Part shown: piece by piece, positions 9,438 through 20,367 of the stretch | Layout: each line of letters opens with the position of its first letter | Position numbering within the stretch: the stretch's first letter is position 1 | IMG/VR virus record: IMGVR_UViG_3300009529_000009 | Reading direction: 5' to 3' (one strand) | Origin: a virus | DNA length: 56,556 nucleotides | The notes under the pieces: model-generated | Told to the model about the DNA's origin: nothing | The model's database searches: none | Seen by the model: only the letters and a program-made list of their open reading frames with translations | Made by a program: the position numbers and the translations under genes

Positions 9438-11286
9438 TCTCGTCCTTCGTCTCGTCGATGGTCATCGCCAGATCGAGGTGGTCCTCGGTCTTGTACAGCT
9501 CTCCGCTGGTGTCCTTGCTCGGAATAGCCGAACCCTCTTCCTCGCCGCCTTCCCTCCCGAACCAGTCCTCACGAAGGTCCTTCACGAAGAAGTGCTTCGC
9601 ATCGGAAGGCTTGACCTTGCGTGACTCCATCATCTGGTTGACCCGGCCGAGCCGCGTGACCAACTCCATGAGCAATGGCCGTAGCTCGGGCCGGAGCTTC
9701 TCGAACTCTGCTCCTGGTGCTCCCGAGGGTCCTTCGGCCGGAGGCGGCGGCGGCGGAGGCAGTCCCGGACCGGCGGCATTGACATCGCCCGGCGGTGGCA
9801 TCTCAGGAGGCGGCGCTGGCGGCGCACCAGGCTCGCCACCTTGTTGCTGTGGAGCACCCGGCAGGATCAACGCGTCGATCAGCCTGTCGGACAGGTGCCC
9901 ATACTGCTTGAGCACGTACCTGATCCAGATCTGCATGTCGAAGTTGACCTGTTGTCCGAGGTTGAGCAGGCGATCGATGATGTCAATGCGGATCTCGATC
10001 AGCTGCTGACGGTGCAGCTCTTCGAGGAACGAGACCGGTGCCATAGCCAGGGTGAACTGGTTGTCCGGATCTCGGGGGTCGATCCCCCTAAACGCCAGGT
10101 TCAGCTGGAGGACACGGTGAACACCAAGCAGGAAGTACCGCTGCAGCTTCTGCGGTATGCGGACGTATCGACTGTCCTGCTGTGTGAGTCTCCGGCTGGG
10201 GTCATACGGTGTCGAGCCCTCGATGTTGTAGCCAAAGAAGCTGGGCGGGATGCGGACCGACGCGTGATACCGCGCCAGATAGTAGTGCAGGTTCGTAGCT
10301 TCATTCGCGTTGCTCGAACCCTTGAGTCGTTCGATCTTCGTCTCGCGTCCCTGCACCTGAGGGACCACGAGGTCCTCATTCGCCGTCCACGGGTTCCAGT
10401 CCTCACGGAGCTGGCCGCTGCTCGGGTCGTAGTACTTCGTCTTCTTGAGCTTCGTCGTGAAGCGCTCGACGTAGTCCGAGGTCTCCTCGTCAGTGAGGCC
10501 AGTGCAGTCGACGTAGTAGACGTCGCGGTCAGCATGGCGCTGAAGGATGTAGACGACGTCGGCGTCTTCGGCCATGCGCAACCTGCGGTACGGCCTGCGA
10601 GATGACACGAGCAACGTGGTGCCGTACATGGCCGAGAGCGATCCAAAGATCCTGAAGTGCACGATCTCCCACGGCTGCTTGTTCGGCTCCGAGGAACCAC
10701 CAGCAGTCTCGCCGAGGTAGAAGCCGAGCAGCGTTCCGGTGTCGTAGTCCTCAAACCTGCGGAACCGCTTCGGGTGGTGGAAGCGCAGCATGCTAATGCC
10801 GGTACCGGGCTCCCAGAAGAGTTCGACAGGGAAGTCGCCATATTTGCCGAGGCCTCTGCCGACCAGTGGCGCGTACTCTTCGAGCTGAGTGGTCTCGATG
10901 CACTCCTCGCAGATCTGGCGGATCTCTTCGTTGCAGTCCTCCACCCAGAGCATGCGGTTCGTTGCCGGGTCGATCTGGATTGCGTCCTCGGTATACGTGT
11001 CGAGCACGGCCGACGGGAGATCGTCCGAGTCCATGACATCGACCTCGTCGTAGATCTCCATCCTCGTCTTGCCCAGACGCATGCGCTCGCCGTAGAACGA
11101 GTACATGTTCTGGCCTTCTTCGCCAGACGCGAGCGACGGCGCGGCAGCCTTCCCCGAGGTGTCCCGTCGTCGCATGTAGGGTTTGGGCGCTCCATAGAGG
11201 ACGCCTCGGATGAAGTTGTAGATACGGGTCCCAAAGCCTTGCCTGGGTCGCATCTCTTCGTTGACCACCTGCGGTGCCTGCGCCAT
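9427..11286 (-). CDS. Mirror copy: putative portal protein
   Basis: Twin of 45271..47130. Confidence 0.5.
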   Translation of the reverse strand: MAQAPQVVNEEMRPRQGFGTRIYNFIRGVLYGAPKPYMRRRDTSGKAAAPSLASGEEGQNMYSFYGERMRLGKTRMEIYDEVDVMDSDDLPSAVLDTYTEDAIQIDPATNRMLWVEDCNEEIRQICEECIETTQLEEYAPLVGRGLGKYGDFPVELFWEPGTGISMLRFHHPKRFRRFEDYDTGTLLGFYLGETAGGSSEPNKQPWEIVHFRIFGSLSAMYGTTLLVSSRRPYRRLRMAEDADVVYILQRHADRDVYYVDCTGLTDEETSDYVERFTTKLKKTKYYDPSSGQLREDWNPWTANEDLVVPQVQGRETKIERLKGSSNANEATNLHYYLARYHASVRIPPSFFGYNIEGSTPYDPSRRLTQQDSRYVRIPQKLQRYFLLGVHRVLQLNLAFRGIDPRDPDNQFTLAMAPVSFLEELHRQQLIEIRIDIIDRLLNLGQQVNFDMQIWIRYVLKQYGHLSDRLIDALILPGAPQQQGGEPGAPPAPPPEMPPPGDVNAAGPGLPPPPPPPAEGPSGAPGAEFEKLRPELRPLLMELVTRLGRVNQMMESRKVKPSDAKHFFVKDLREDWFGREGGEEEGSAIPSKDTSGELYKTEDHLDLAMTIDETKDENES

Positions 11287-11289
11287 CTA

Positions 11290-14200
11290 TCAACCTCCCA
11301 CCAAAATTGCCGGTGCCTGCGGTAGTCCCCCGACCGGTAGCCGTTGCTGCATCTCCAACTTGTTGGCCCTCTTCCTCGGTGGGATCAGACCGTAGACTGC
11401 CCCATACAGAGCGTCGCTCACGTCCTTGGACCCACTGAGCGGCTTGAAGACCTTCTTCGCCGTTATGTCGTGCGACAGGTGCCTCAGCTCAGTTTCGAGC
11501 GGTTCGTACGGGTACGTTCTGATTATCCCGGACTCGTAGACACCCTTCAAGTTTATATACGGATCATCCGATTCGTCGACACTCACAAAATCAGCCTCGA
11601 TGCCCATCTTGTGGAGCTTCTGTACGAAGTGCCTTGACTGGTACTTGTCCAGGGAGACCATCTGGAACGTGTAATGGTTCCGGTGGAGGTACTCAACGAA
11701 TTCGATGATCTTGTCGAAGTCCACTTCGCCCCGGCCGTACGGAGGCGGATCGATCCGGAATGCGAAGTCCAGGTAGGTGAGCGGCATGCCTCCCTGTGGC
11801 GGTGTCCACATGTGCACGCACGCGATTCCCACTGAGCAGCCGGTCACCGCAAGGTCGATATGCATGACGCGCCCAGCCTCTGGGTGCAGCCTCGGCCGAT
11901 AGTGGTTGAGGTGTGTCTCGAACATGATGTCCTCGCGCACAGCGTCCTGAATGCGGACAGGCGAGTTCGTCGAGATCACCATGAACTGGGTCTTGAACGG
12001 GTGAACCAAGTTCTCGTCGTAGTTGTTGTATATGACTTCCGGCCTGTGGAACAACCCGCTCGCCGCAACCGTCGCACGCCCAGCGATATTGCGGATGAAG
12101 TCTTCGATGTTGTTTTCGGCGTCGGGCTTGTGCTCCAACGGGGCCGTGATCACATTGGCCTCGTCTACCTGGTCAGCCTCGTCCTCGCCCTCCACGAGAA
12201 TACGAGGCTCCGCAGTGTCGTCGCCACAGAAGACCCGGAACGTCCTTCCGCTCTTGTATGTGCCCTCGGGCTGAACGTCCCATATGGCACGAGAAATTAC
12301 CGCGACACCGTCCTCGTGGCCGTGCTTCGTAATGTGCTCTTCGAGGAAGTCAGTCTGGGCGCGTCGCTGCGAGAGCAGGCACATGAAGTATGGCGCGGCC
12401 GAGCCAGGGCTGGCTACGAACTGGTTGCGGAGGCGTCCTCGGATCGCGCCGTACAGCTTCTGCGCCTGACCCAGCGATTCCTCTGCATGCGCCCTGCTTC
12501 GGCCCTTAGCCGAGCGCATGAAGTTGACCTCGTCGAGAATACCGCCGATGAATGTTTCACCCAGTGCGTGAAGCTCGGTGGCGCCCTCAACGATCGACAC
12601 ATGGTCCGGAAGGATCAGCTCCTTGCTGCGCTCGCCACTCAGCCGAGAGAACTTCTCCACGAAGTACGGGCACTCGTCGATGATCGCCTGGATACGCGAG
12701 TGCATGTCGCCGGTCTTGTACTTGAAGATATTGAAGATGCCGTACCGGATGCTCGATCCACGCATCAGACCAAAGAATCCCTGTGGGTCCCTCAGCAACG
12801 AGAGTAGATAGATCCGGTACCCGGCCATGATCGTAGCTAGGGTGGTGTTATGTGTGACTACACAATGGTCTGTCAGATAGAGACCACCTGGCGCGGACGT
12901 TGAGATGCACTGGGTCTCTTCCGCACCGGAGTATTCAACTGATACAATGGCCCTACTTGGAGCGTATCGAGCCCTCGGCCTGTAGTGGTTCTTCTTTCTA
13001 GTGAGCTGGAATGGGCAGAGCCATGATGGGAGTGCCAGCCTCAGCCTATACCGATCTCGACCGGCCGTAGGACCAACAAGATATCTGCAAACACCGCCAA
13101 GACTTTCGACCAGGAAACGCACATCGGCAGCAAGACGTGGCGACGCAGTCGAATACTCCAGCTTGTTGTTGCTGTGCTCAACAGAACCGTTTTCAGTATC
13201 CATGAGACCCTGCAACAAATACGCCCGTTGCTGTACGCTGCCATAGAGGTAGTCCTTCGGTACTCGCTTCTCGTGCGCTGGGTGGCACATGTCGAGTGCC
13301 TTGAGGGCTTGCATCAACGGATTAGACTTACCACCGCGCGTGCCAGAGGAGAGCGAGTAAGTGTACCGGCCTTTGTGGTTTGCCTGAACACCAGGAGGTA
13401 AGAGAGCCGCCACCCAATGCAGAAGTTCCCTATCAGAGGTCGTCAATATTGGCGTGTTCTGCGTGAGACCGCCATTACCGATCAACACACCCGCCAGGTA
13501 TGGGTGAAGCAGGAGATGTCGTTCCGACCACTGTATCGGGTCAGCCACTGGAACGAACCACTTATTCGAGCCGTCCCTATAGTGTAGGTCCGACGAAAGC
13601 TCCCGAAGAGTCTTCGTTCTCAGGGGTCGCCTATAGTGCTTGTCAGACTTCGTGAAGACAGACCAGAGATGCTCCGCGCCGCACCGAACCACCTGTCCAT
13701 CAGAGAACGTCACAGTGTAGACGTCACGAGCACCCTGTGGGTAGACACCGGTCACCGGGTAGAAGTAGCCATCCCTGCCAGCTACCAGATCATTGGTAGT
13801 GATGTCTCCCATCTTCTTCAGGCCGTCGGAAGTGATCAGTTCTGAGGTCAGTGGTTGGTCTTTGCCCCACCTTGTGGAGCCCGTGAGGACGACCTCGAAG
13901 ACTCGGTTCTTCGGGTTGAGCAGCCAGCACGCATCCCGGAAGTTGACTGGGTAGAGACCCTCACCGAAGCGGCCCGCGTAGTATGGGTCAGTGAGAAACT
14001 GGCGTGGTGTGACCGGGATGTCCTTGTAGTCCTGTGTGACAATCCCAGCCGCAGTCTCGCTCCAGCCATCAAGCATCAGCTCGTCAACGATACGAGGAAT
14101 CGAGTCGCGGAGGTGCTGGAAGTCTTCTGCCCTGACAAGGTTCGCAACCTCGTCGAAGGATGAATAGACCTTCAGAATCTCTCTGCGGAGATCCGGGTCG

Positions 14201-14307
14201 AGACCGGCGACAAACTCGTCGTCACCGTTTATGTGAGCCGTCAGTGCCAGCTGGAGGAGATTTCTCTTCTTCCCCACTACCGGCCTGTCGACCTCGGGCC
14301 TTAACAT
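11290..14307 (-). CDS. Mirror copy: terminase large subunit with intein
   Basis: Twin of 42250..45267. Confidence 0.85.
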   Translation of the reverse strand: MLRPEVDRPVVGKKRNLLQLALTAHINGDDEFVAGLDPDLRREILKVYSSFDEVANLVRAEDFQHLRDSIPRIVDELMLDGWSETAAGIVTQDYKDIPVTPRQFLTDPYYAGRFGEGLYPVNFRDACWLLNPKNRVFEVVLTGSTRWGKDQPLTSELITSDGLKKMGDITTNDLVAGRDGYFYPVTGVYPQGARDVYTVTFSDGQVVRCGAEHLWSVFTKSDKHYRRPLRTKTLRELSSDLHYRDGSNKWFVPVADPIQWSERHLLLHPYLAGVLIGNGGLTQNTPILTTSDRELLHWVAALLPPGVQANHKGRYTYSLSSGTRGGKSNPLMQALKALDMCHPAHEKRVPKDYLYGSVQQRAYLLQGLMDTENGSVEHSNNKLEYSTASPRLAADVRFLVESLGGVCRYLVGPTAGRDRYRLRLALPSWLCPFQLTRKKNHYRPRARYAPSRAIVSVEYSGAEETQCISTSAPGGLYLTDHCVVTHNTTLATIMAGYRIYLLSLLRDPQGFFGLMRGSSIRYGIFNIFKYKTGDMHSRIQAIIDECPYFVEKFSRLSGERSKELILPDHVSIVEGATELHALGETFIGGILDEVNFMRSAKGRSRAHAEESLGQAQKLYGAIRGRLRNQFVASPGSAAPYFMCLLSQRRAQTDFLEEHITKHGHEDGVAVISRAIWDVQPEGTYKSGRTFRVFCGDDTAEPRILVEGEDEADQVDEANVITAPLEHKPDAENNIEDFIRNIAGRATVAASGLFHRPEVIYNNYDENLVHPFKTQFMVISTNSPVRIQDAVREDIMFETHLNHYRPRLHPEAGRVMHIDLAVTGCSVGIACVHMWTPPQGGMPLTYLDFAFRIDPPPYGRGEVDFDKIIEFVEYLHRNHYTFQMVSLDKYQSRHFVQKLHKMGIEADFVSVDESDDPYINLKGVYESGIIRTYPYEPLETELRHLSHDITAKKVFKPLSGSKDVSDALYGAVYGLIPPRKRANKLEMQQRLPVGGLPQAPAILVGG
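12846..13845 (-). mobile_element. Mirror copy: LAGLIDADG intein within terminase
   Basis: Twin of 42712..43711. Confidence 0.6.
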
Positions 14308-15166
14308 TGATCTGCTCCACTGCTACTTCCCGCTCGACCTTCGACGGTATGTCCGGCCCGTTCTCAGGGCCGCCGGACAGGAATCCCTGCATGGCTTGGG
14401 TGAACTCACTGACCGAAGCGGTCAGGTGATGCCTCCGCTGTTCAACCTGCCTCCGCGCCTCGGTGTCGGTGCTGTCACCAGACTCGATGGTGCCAGCTGC
14501 TACGAAACCCATGCGCACGGTACCGCCGTCACCTTTGGGCGGCTTGGGCGTCGCCTTCTCCACAACCTCAGCAAGTAATCGTATCGCGTTGGTCGCGTCC
14601 TTGATGTGGGCATTGGCGTGCCCCATGAAGTCCCACAGATCGTCGTAGTTGAGTTCCGATGCGTCAGCCAGCTCGAACATCCTGCGTGACGCTACAGCGC
14701 TTGCCTCCATGATCGGACCGATCCTGTGCATCTGGTACGTCAGCAGCATATTCGCCGCCGCACGCAGCAACGAAGGGTCCGCGCTGTCGATCTCTATCTG
14801 CTGGTTACCGTCGAACCAATCAGGCCAGCGTCCGTTCGTCATGCGGTACATGTACGCACGGTAGATCTGATCCCCAGTGACCCGCTTATCGAACGGGATG
14901 AAGAACGACTGGCCGGGATACATCTTGTCGTACTCACGCAGCGTCGTCTCGTGATCCTCGCTCAGGTGCTTCTCGAATTCAGCTATGCCGTTGAGGTGTT
15001 TGTGGCACAGCCAGCAGGTACGCACACCGAGCTGCTTCAAGATCTTGGCATCGGGCTGCTTCCTCTTCTTCGCCTTCTGCTCAAACCAAAGCTCACGCCG
15101 CGTTGCCGCCTTCTTCTTGGCAGCCTTCTTCTTCTTCTTGGTTGCAGCCTTCTTCATCTTAGCCAT
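14222..15166 (-). CDS. Mirror copy: poly-Lys N-terminus protein (possible small terminase)
   Basis: Twin of 41391..42335. Confidence 0.4.
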   Translation of the reverse strand: MAKMKKAATKKKKKAAKKKAATRRELWFEQKAKKRKQPDAKILKQLGVRTCWLCHKHLNGIAEFEKHLSEDHETTLREYDKMYPGQSFFIPFDKRVTGDQIYRAYMYRMTNGRWPDWFDGNQQIEIDSADPSLLRAAANMLLTYQMHRIGPIMEASAVASRRMFELADASELNYDDLWDFMGHANAHIKDATNAIRLLAEVVEKATPKPPKGDGGTVRMGFVAAGTIESGDSTDTEARRQVEQRRHHLTASVSEFTQAMQGFLSGGPENGPDIPSKVEREVAVEQINVKARGRQAGSGEEEKSPPAGTDGSHKR

Positions 15167-15560
15167 CAGAGCGTGGTCTCAGTTCCATAGCCAGGCTGTC
15201 CATGAGGCTCTTCATGTTGATGTAGGTCTGTCGGACTTCGGTCTTGCGCATCCCCAGCCTGGTCGCAACCTGCTCTACCACCCGCTCGATCTTCTCTTTG
15301 TCACCCTCGCAGCTGCCCATTGCCGTGTATACCGACACCTGCTTCAGCTTCGTTACGAGATCACGAACAGACGGCACCGCGACTGTGCGACCGGAAAAGA
15401 TCTCGACAAATTTCAGCGCGTCGTCTCCGAAGATGTCGAAGATCTCCGGCAGCGCGTCGAACGGGCACTCCAACAACACCGCCGCGTGCAGGGCAGTGAC
15501 GAACCGCTCCCTGTTGCGGTGGAAGATCTCAAACACCTCGTTTGGTATGTGCATGCCCAT
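15159..15560 (-). CDS. Mirror copy: hypothetical protein (133 aa)
   Basis: Twin of 40997..41398. Confidence 0.5.
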   Translation of the reverse strand: MGMHIPNEVFEIFHRNRERFVTALHAAVLLECPFDALPEIFDIFGDDALKFVEIFSGRTVAVPSVRDLVTKLKQVSVYTAMGSCEGDKEKIERVVEQVATRLGMRKTEVRQTYINMKSLMDSLAMELRPRSDG

Positions 15561-16210
15561 TATGCCACCAATGCTTCTGGTCCGTAGGTCACGTCGTAGT
15601 AGACCCAACGGTAGAGTATAGTCAGGTAGGTGTACATGAAGCCCGGGTCCCAGTAACCCGTCTCGATGATCATCTCTTCTATCGTCCTGGAGTCTGCGTT
15701 CCGGCATTCAAGCTCCACGTAGTTACGGCACAGGTCGAAGTCCACGACGTCGAAGCGTGCACGTCCTGCCATCTTCTCCGCGATCACATCCTTGTGCCAA
15801 CCCGCCAGATGCGCGGCCCACAACTTGCCGTGCAGATTCGGCTCCTGCTCGGGCTCGGTGCTCTCGGCGTACTTGTCCCGCGAGCGCTCTTCGGCCTGTG
15901 TCTTCCGATGGTTGCCGATCAGGAATTGTTGTGTCACAACCCGCACCGACCCCACAAAGAGACTTGGACTGTCACAAGGGATCTTCCGCTGGGACAGCCT
16001 CGACCACAGTTCCAACTGCAGCTCGGCCAGGTGGTCATCGAGATCGAACTCGGAACAGTTGTAGTCCTTACCCTTGATGACCGCAGTGACGTAGTGCTTG
16101 ATCACCGACCAGATCGCAACCCACCGATCCTCGGGCATGCTCGTCTCGTTGCCAGCGGCATACTCACAGTACGCGTGGAACGCCGTCATCTTGTAGTCGC
16201 TACGCCCCAT
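15560..16210 (-). CDS. Mirror copy: hypothetical protein (216 aa)
   Basis: Twin of 40347..40997. Confidence 0.5.
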   Translation of the reverse strand: MGRSDYKMTAFHAYCEYAAGNETSMPEDRWVAIWSVIKHYVTAVIKGKDYNCSEFDLDDHLAELQLELWSRLSQRKIPCDSPSLFVGSVRVVTQQFLIGNHRKTQAEERSRDKYAESTEPEQEPNLHGKLWAAHLAGWHKDVIAEKMAGRARFDVVDFDLCRNYVELECRNADSRTIEEMIIETGYWDPGFMYTYLTILYRWVYYDVTYGPEALVA

Positions 16211-17858
16211 TGAAAACCACCATTGGCTTCGTTGGTTCCGGCTCGTTGTATGCGCCTATCCACGAGCCCTGGCTCTCGGTGTAATTGACAACGATCTTCC
16301 GCCGTACCGGCACCGGGTACTCTCCTTGCGGGCTCATTACGAAGACAGCCGAGCCCTGAGCAGTCGGCAACAGATAGTTCTTGTAGAGACGACGCTTTGC
16401 CCATGGATCGAGCACGTCGACAACGTCGTCGCAGACTAGGATCGGCACCGGGTTCGGCCAGGTCCCCATAAGCACCTCACGCAGAGCGGCCTGGATACTC
16501 AGGTCGATCTTCCTTCGCTGACCGACCGAGGACTTCTTGTACTGCCCGGCCCGGCTCTGCACAAGCAGGTTGATCTCGGCCTTGGTCGTGCCCTTCTTCA
16601 GCTCGCGATCGGTGCATAGCTGCGCCAGGAACTCGGATTCCCACACATCGTTGCACATCTCGACGAGCTTCGTGTTCACTGCATCCAGCACCGACCCCAT
16701 CTTCCGTATTGGGATCTCGGCGAAGGCAGCGTCTAGCAGATCCAACTCAGCAACCTCGCCTGTCGTCTGCGCCACTGCTGCCTCAACCTGGGCGAGCTGT
16801 AGCTCGATCGAGGTAACTTGCTCTGTAGCCGCGTCTACTTGGGCCAGCTCACCAGTAAGCTGCTGCAGCTGCATGCGGTAGTGCTGGATCTCGGCAAGCA
16901 GCTTGTCAGACACAGCTTTCAGATCGGCCAGGGTGCTCGACGCTATGACCCGAGCACACTCAGTGTTCTCGGCCGTGAGCTTCTTGATCGCGTTCGCCGC
17001 TGTCTTCTGGGCAGACTCGATCGCCTGCTTCGAGTAGGGCCTCTTGCAGGTCGGACACGCAGTCATGCTCTGGAGCGAGGACCTCTGCTGTGCAATCTGG
17101 CGCTCAGTATTGTTCTTGTTAGCCATGGCCTGGCCTATGCGAGTCGACTCACCCTGAACCTTTGAGTTGGCCGCGCCGAGTTGCTGGCTCCTCGCCTGCT
17201 CCTGCTGCTGGGCCGTGGTCATCTCCGCCACGATCGTGGCCCTCGGCCTACGCACTTGGGCCTGTGTTGCCTTGAGCTGCGTCAACTGATTGCGCAGGGT
17301 GTTGGCGGACCCTTGTAGCTGCTGCAGCTCGCCAGTGCGCTTCCTGCGCTCCTGGGCAAGCGTAGAGCGAGCCTGCTTCCAACGTTCGAGCCCGAGCAAC
17401 TCAGAGAGCTGCTGGGCTCGGTTGCCTGGTGTCCAGGAGGACAGGCGCTCGGCCACCCCCTGGCCAAGGATCAACGTCGAGCAGAAGATCTCCTTCGGTG
17501 GGAAGACCTGCGCGAGGTACGCTTTGGAATCCGCCAGCGTGCGCGGGCCGCCATCGATCGTGATCTCGTTGCTGGTACCATCCGCCTTCTGCGACCTCGC
17601 GATCGTGACGAATGGAAGCTCCAACTCAACGCGGCACGACTCTGCCCCGTTGTAGCAAACCTCTCGGATGCCCTCGGTGGTCTCTCCATAGATCACCCAT
17701 GCTAGAGCGTCAGGCAAGAAGGTGCTCTTGCCTGCACCGTTCGACCGGTCGCCCTCTCCCTCGTAGATGCCCTCAACTGCAACGAGACCTGCAGTCTCGA
17801 TCTTGTAAGAGAGTTTTTGGTACGAACGGAAGTTCTCAGCTGTCAGCCTCAGTATCAT
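16200..17858 (-). CDS. Mirror copy: Rad50/SbcC-like ATPase
   Basis: Twin of 38699..40357. Confidence 0.85.
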   Translation of the reverse strand: MILRLTAENFRSYQKLSYKIETAGLVAVEGIYEGEGDRSNGAGKSTFLPDALAWVIYGETTEGIREVCYNGAESCRVELELPFVTIARSQKADGTSNEITIDGGPRTLADSKAYLAQVFPPKEIFCSTLILGQGVAERLSSWTPGNRAQQLSELLGLERWKQARSTLAQERRKRTGELQQLQGSANTLRNQLTQLKATQAQVRRPRATIVAEMTTAQQQEQARSQQLGAANSKVQGESTRIGQAMANKNNTERQIAQQRSSLQSMTACPTCKRPYSKQAIESAQKTAANAIKKLTAENTECARVIASSTLADLKAVSDKLLAEIQHYRMQLQQLTGELAQVDAATEQVTSIELQLAQVEAAVAQTTGEVAELDLLDAAFAEIPIRKMGSVLDAVNTKLVEMCNDVWESEFLAQLCTDRELKKGTTKAEINLLVQSRAGQYKKSSVGQRRKIDLSIQAALREVLMGTWPNPVPILVCDDVVDVLDPWAKRRLYKNYLLPTAQGSAVFVMSPQGEYPVPVRRKIVVNYTESQGSWIGAYNEPEPTKPMVVFNGA

Positions 17859-17864
17859 CGGGCA

Positions 17865-18320
17865 CTACCCGCCTGCTCTTGGAGCTTCGTTCTTGGGGCG
17901 CCAGAAGGTCACGTTCCCCGGTAAGTGCTTCACGACTTGAAGAACATGTGCGTCAGCGATCCGGTGACGCCCAGGGAACTCGACGTTGAACGCTGTCCTC
18001 GGGTCGTCTTCCGCCATCACTTGCAGCGACTCGACTGCCGCCTGGAGTACGGACATCGTGTGCGATTGCATCATCCCAAACCAGCACATCAGTGAGGCAC
18101 CGCCGCGTGCGAACTGCTCCCGGAGATGTTCCGGGTCGAAAAGGAGCAGGTTGTACGGCTCCTTCTCCTGGCGGAGTTTCTCAGCCACGCGGCGAGCGAT
18201 CGGCTGCAAGACGAGGTACCTGATCACGCTGCCAACAGGGTCGACGATGAACGCCGTGCCCGGCCGGTTCCACTGAGAAGTCATGTCACCGTACTTGAAC
18301 GTTGGGTTCCTCATGTTCAT
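17865..18320 (-). CDS. Mirror copy: hypothetical protein (151 aa)
   Basis: Twin of 38237..38692. Confidence 0.5.
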   Translation of the reverse strand: MNMRNPTFKYGDMTSQWNRPGTAFIVDPVGSVIRYLVLQPIARRVAEKLRQEKEPYNLLLFDPEHLREQFARGGASLMCWFGMMQSHTMSVLQAAVESLQVMAEDDPRTAFNVEFPGRHRIADAHVLQVVKHLPGNVTFWRPKNEAPRAGG

Positions 18321-18343
18321 AACAGATTACCCTATGCCTGCTC

Positions 18344-19387
18344 TCAAGCCAAGAACTTCCTCGCCAGCTCAAGCAGCTTCGGCGAACACTGCCCGCGCTC
18401 CGACAGGAGTCGCTCGACGTCTGCCACTGGGTCACCACCCAGATCGAACACAGCCTTCTTCGCTACAACAACCGACTCCTTCTTCGGCCGCACCCGCACA
18501 GTCTTGATACCAGCTTGCTGGTACGGTGCCGGGTCCACATCCTCAGTCAGGTTCACGTGGAGCTGCTCACCAATGAACGGGCAGCGTGCAATCTCAATGT
18601 CGAGCTGGTCCTTGGTCCCGCTGAAGAACGTGTGTGAGTGCGGGTTCTGCAAATACGTCACACTGCCGGTCGGCGCCGGATCTGTCTGCCACAAACACGC
18701 GCCATGAAACCGACCGAGGTCCTTGAAGTTGTGCGCCATGACACACCCAGGCACATGGATTGGTGTCATCACGGGACCAATGTCGTACTCGGCGTTGTTC
18801 GCTATATGGTAGTGCCCGGCGAAGACGATGTTGAAGAGCATCGTCACGTCAACGAGGTCGAGACCTTTGTCCTTTGACCCACCGAGCATCATCCCCTCGA
18901 TCGGAACGTGCGTGTACAGCGCCGTCGGCTTGTCGTCTGTCTGGACCCAATCCTGGAACTTGTGCTGGCCCCAGTTCATTGGGTTGTCCATCCATGGCTC
19001 GAACGGTAGCAGAGCTATACGGAAGGACCCGTAATCGACCGCCATCGGTTTCTTCACAAAGTAGAATGCCGAGCTTGGCGGAGGGTCGAAGATGTCGAGC
19101 GCAGAATAGAGATCCGAGTACACATCATGGTTGCCGATCAGCATGTAGACGTGGACGCCGTGCTTCACCGCGAGGCTCTTCAGGGTGTCGATGGCCCACT
19201 TCGCCCGGAGGTTTGCCAAGAGGTCCTGGCCCTGAACGCTCTCAATGGTGTCACCGAGCCACACAAGCACATTGACATTCCGCGCCAGCACCGTGTCGTG
19301 GACCCATCGAACCGTCGCCTCGAAGGCGTCGCCACCGAGAGTCTTCTTGGTCTGTGTGTGCAGGCAGCCTGCTGTCATCACGTTCAT
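18344..19387 (-). CDS. Mirror copy: Mre11/SbcD-like phosphoesterase
   Basis: Twin of 37170..38213. Confidence 0.85.
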   Translation of the reverse strand: MNVMTAGCLHTQTKKTLGGDAFEATVRWVHDTVLARNVNVLVWLGDTIESVQGQDLLANLRAKWAIDTLKSLAVKHGVHVYMLIGNHDVYSDLYSALDIFDPPPSSAFYFVKKPMAVDYGSFRIALLPFEPWMDNPMNWGQHKFQDWVQTDDKPTALYTHVPIEGMMLGGSKDKGLDLVDVTMLFNIVFAGHYHIANNAEYDIGPVMTPIHVPGCVMAHNFKDLGRFHGACLWQTDPAPTGSVTYLQNPHSHTFFSGTKDQLDIEIARCPFIGEQLHVNLTEDVDPAPYQQAGIKTVRVRPKKESVVVAKKAVFDLGGDPVADVERLLSERGQCSPKLLELARKFLA

Positions 19388-20367
19388 CGCAACACCTCGA
19401 ATGCTTGAACCCATGATCCATACGTGCGGAGGAGAGGATTCATCTCGTACAGCGTCATGAATTGCATCACGGCCTGCCAGTTGAACACAGGCTGCTGATG
19501 CCAGTGCATCCAGACCCAGTTCCGTTCCTCTTCGCCCATCGCGAGGCCAGACCAGAACCAGACAAGCTGGATGTTGCGCTCGATCTGCTGTTGTACTTCG
19601 GCTTCGAGCAGCGACTGGTACTTCTTCGCCTTGGGGAAGTGCTGCTTCACAGCCTCTACCATCTGCGCCAAGCTCGGACCCTTCGACTTGTCCATGAGAT
19701 TGCGCACTCCGCCGGGGCCGAGTCCCTTACAGGGCGACGGGATGTTGTCGGACGAGTCGCCAAGGATGCCCTTCGCTACGATCACCTCCCAGGGTCCCCA
19801 ATCACTCCAGTCCCGCCAGTTGTCAGCACCGACGACCAGCTCCTTATTCGTAGAGTAGACCATGCTGTGCTCACCAAGGATCTGCGCAAAGTCCTTGTCC
19901 TCAGACACGACGTACGAGTCGCAGTTATACTGGGCCAACGTGTTTGACAGGTACCAGATCGTGTCGTCTGCCTCGTGCGGCCCATTGACCACAACCACAC
20001 CGAAGCTCGGAAGATACTGAAGGAGGATGTCACGCTGGTAGATGTACATCTGCCTGTAGTTCTCAGACTCCACGCGGTCCTCTTCGCTCTTGTACTCCTT
20101 GCGCTTGTACTCAGGGTAGAGGGCCACTCGGTTGGGATGCTTGTCGAAGTCATGAACCCATAACACGCGTGACGGGTTCAGTGTCCTGACGATCGCTGTC
20201 AGAGACTGGAGCGATTTCATAGCAGCGCCGATCGGAGCACCGTGCGGACCCGACTCAGCGCCGGGCAGGTGCATCGATCGATGGAGTATGTACGACCCGT
20301 CAATTATGGCTACCCCACCGGGTCGAAGCCGTTGTAAGCCAGCCTTCGGCATTGGTCCACCATCCAA
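19384..20367 (-). CDS. Mirror copy: 5'-3' exonuclease/FEN
   Basis: Twin of 36190..37173. Confidence 0.85.
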   Translation of the reverse strand: MDGGPMPKAGLQRLRPGGVAIIDGSYILHRSMHLPGAESGPHGAPIGAAMKSLQSLTAIVRTLNPSRVLWVHDFDKHPNRVALYPEYKRKEYKSEEDRVESENYRQMYIYQRDILLQYLPSFGVVVVNGPHEADDTIWYLSNTLAQYNCDSYVVSEDKDFAQILGEHSMVYSTNKELVVGADNWRDWSDWGPWEVIVAKGILGDSSDNIPSPCKGLGPGGVRNLMDKSKGPSLAQMVEAVKQHFPKAKKYQSLLEAEVQQQIERNIQLVWFWSGLAMGEEERNWVWMHWHQQPVFNWQAVMQFMTLYEMNPLLRTYGSWVQAFEVLR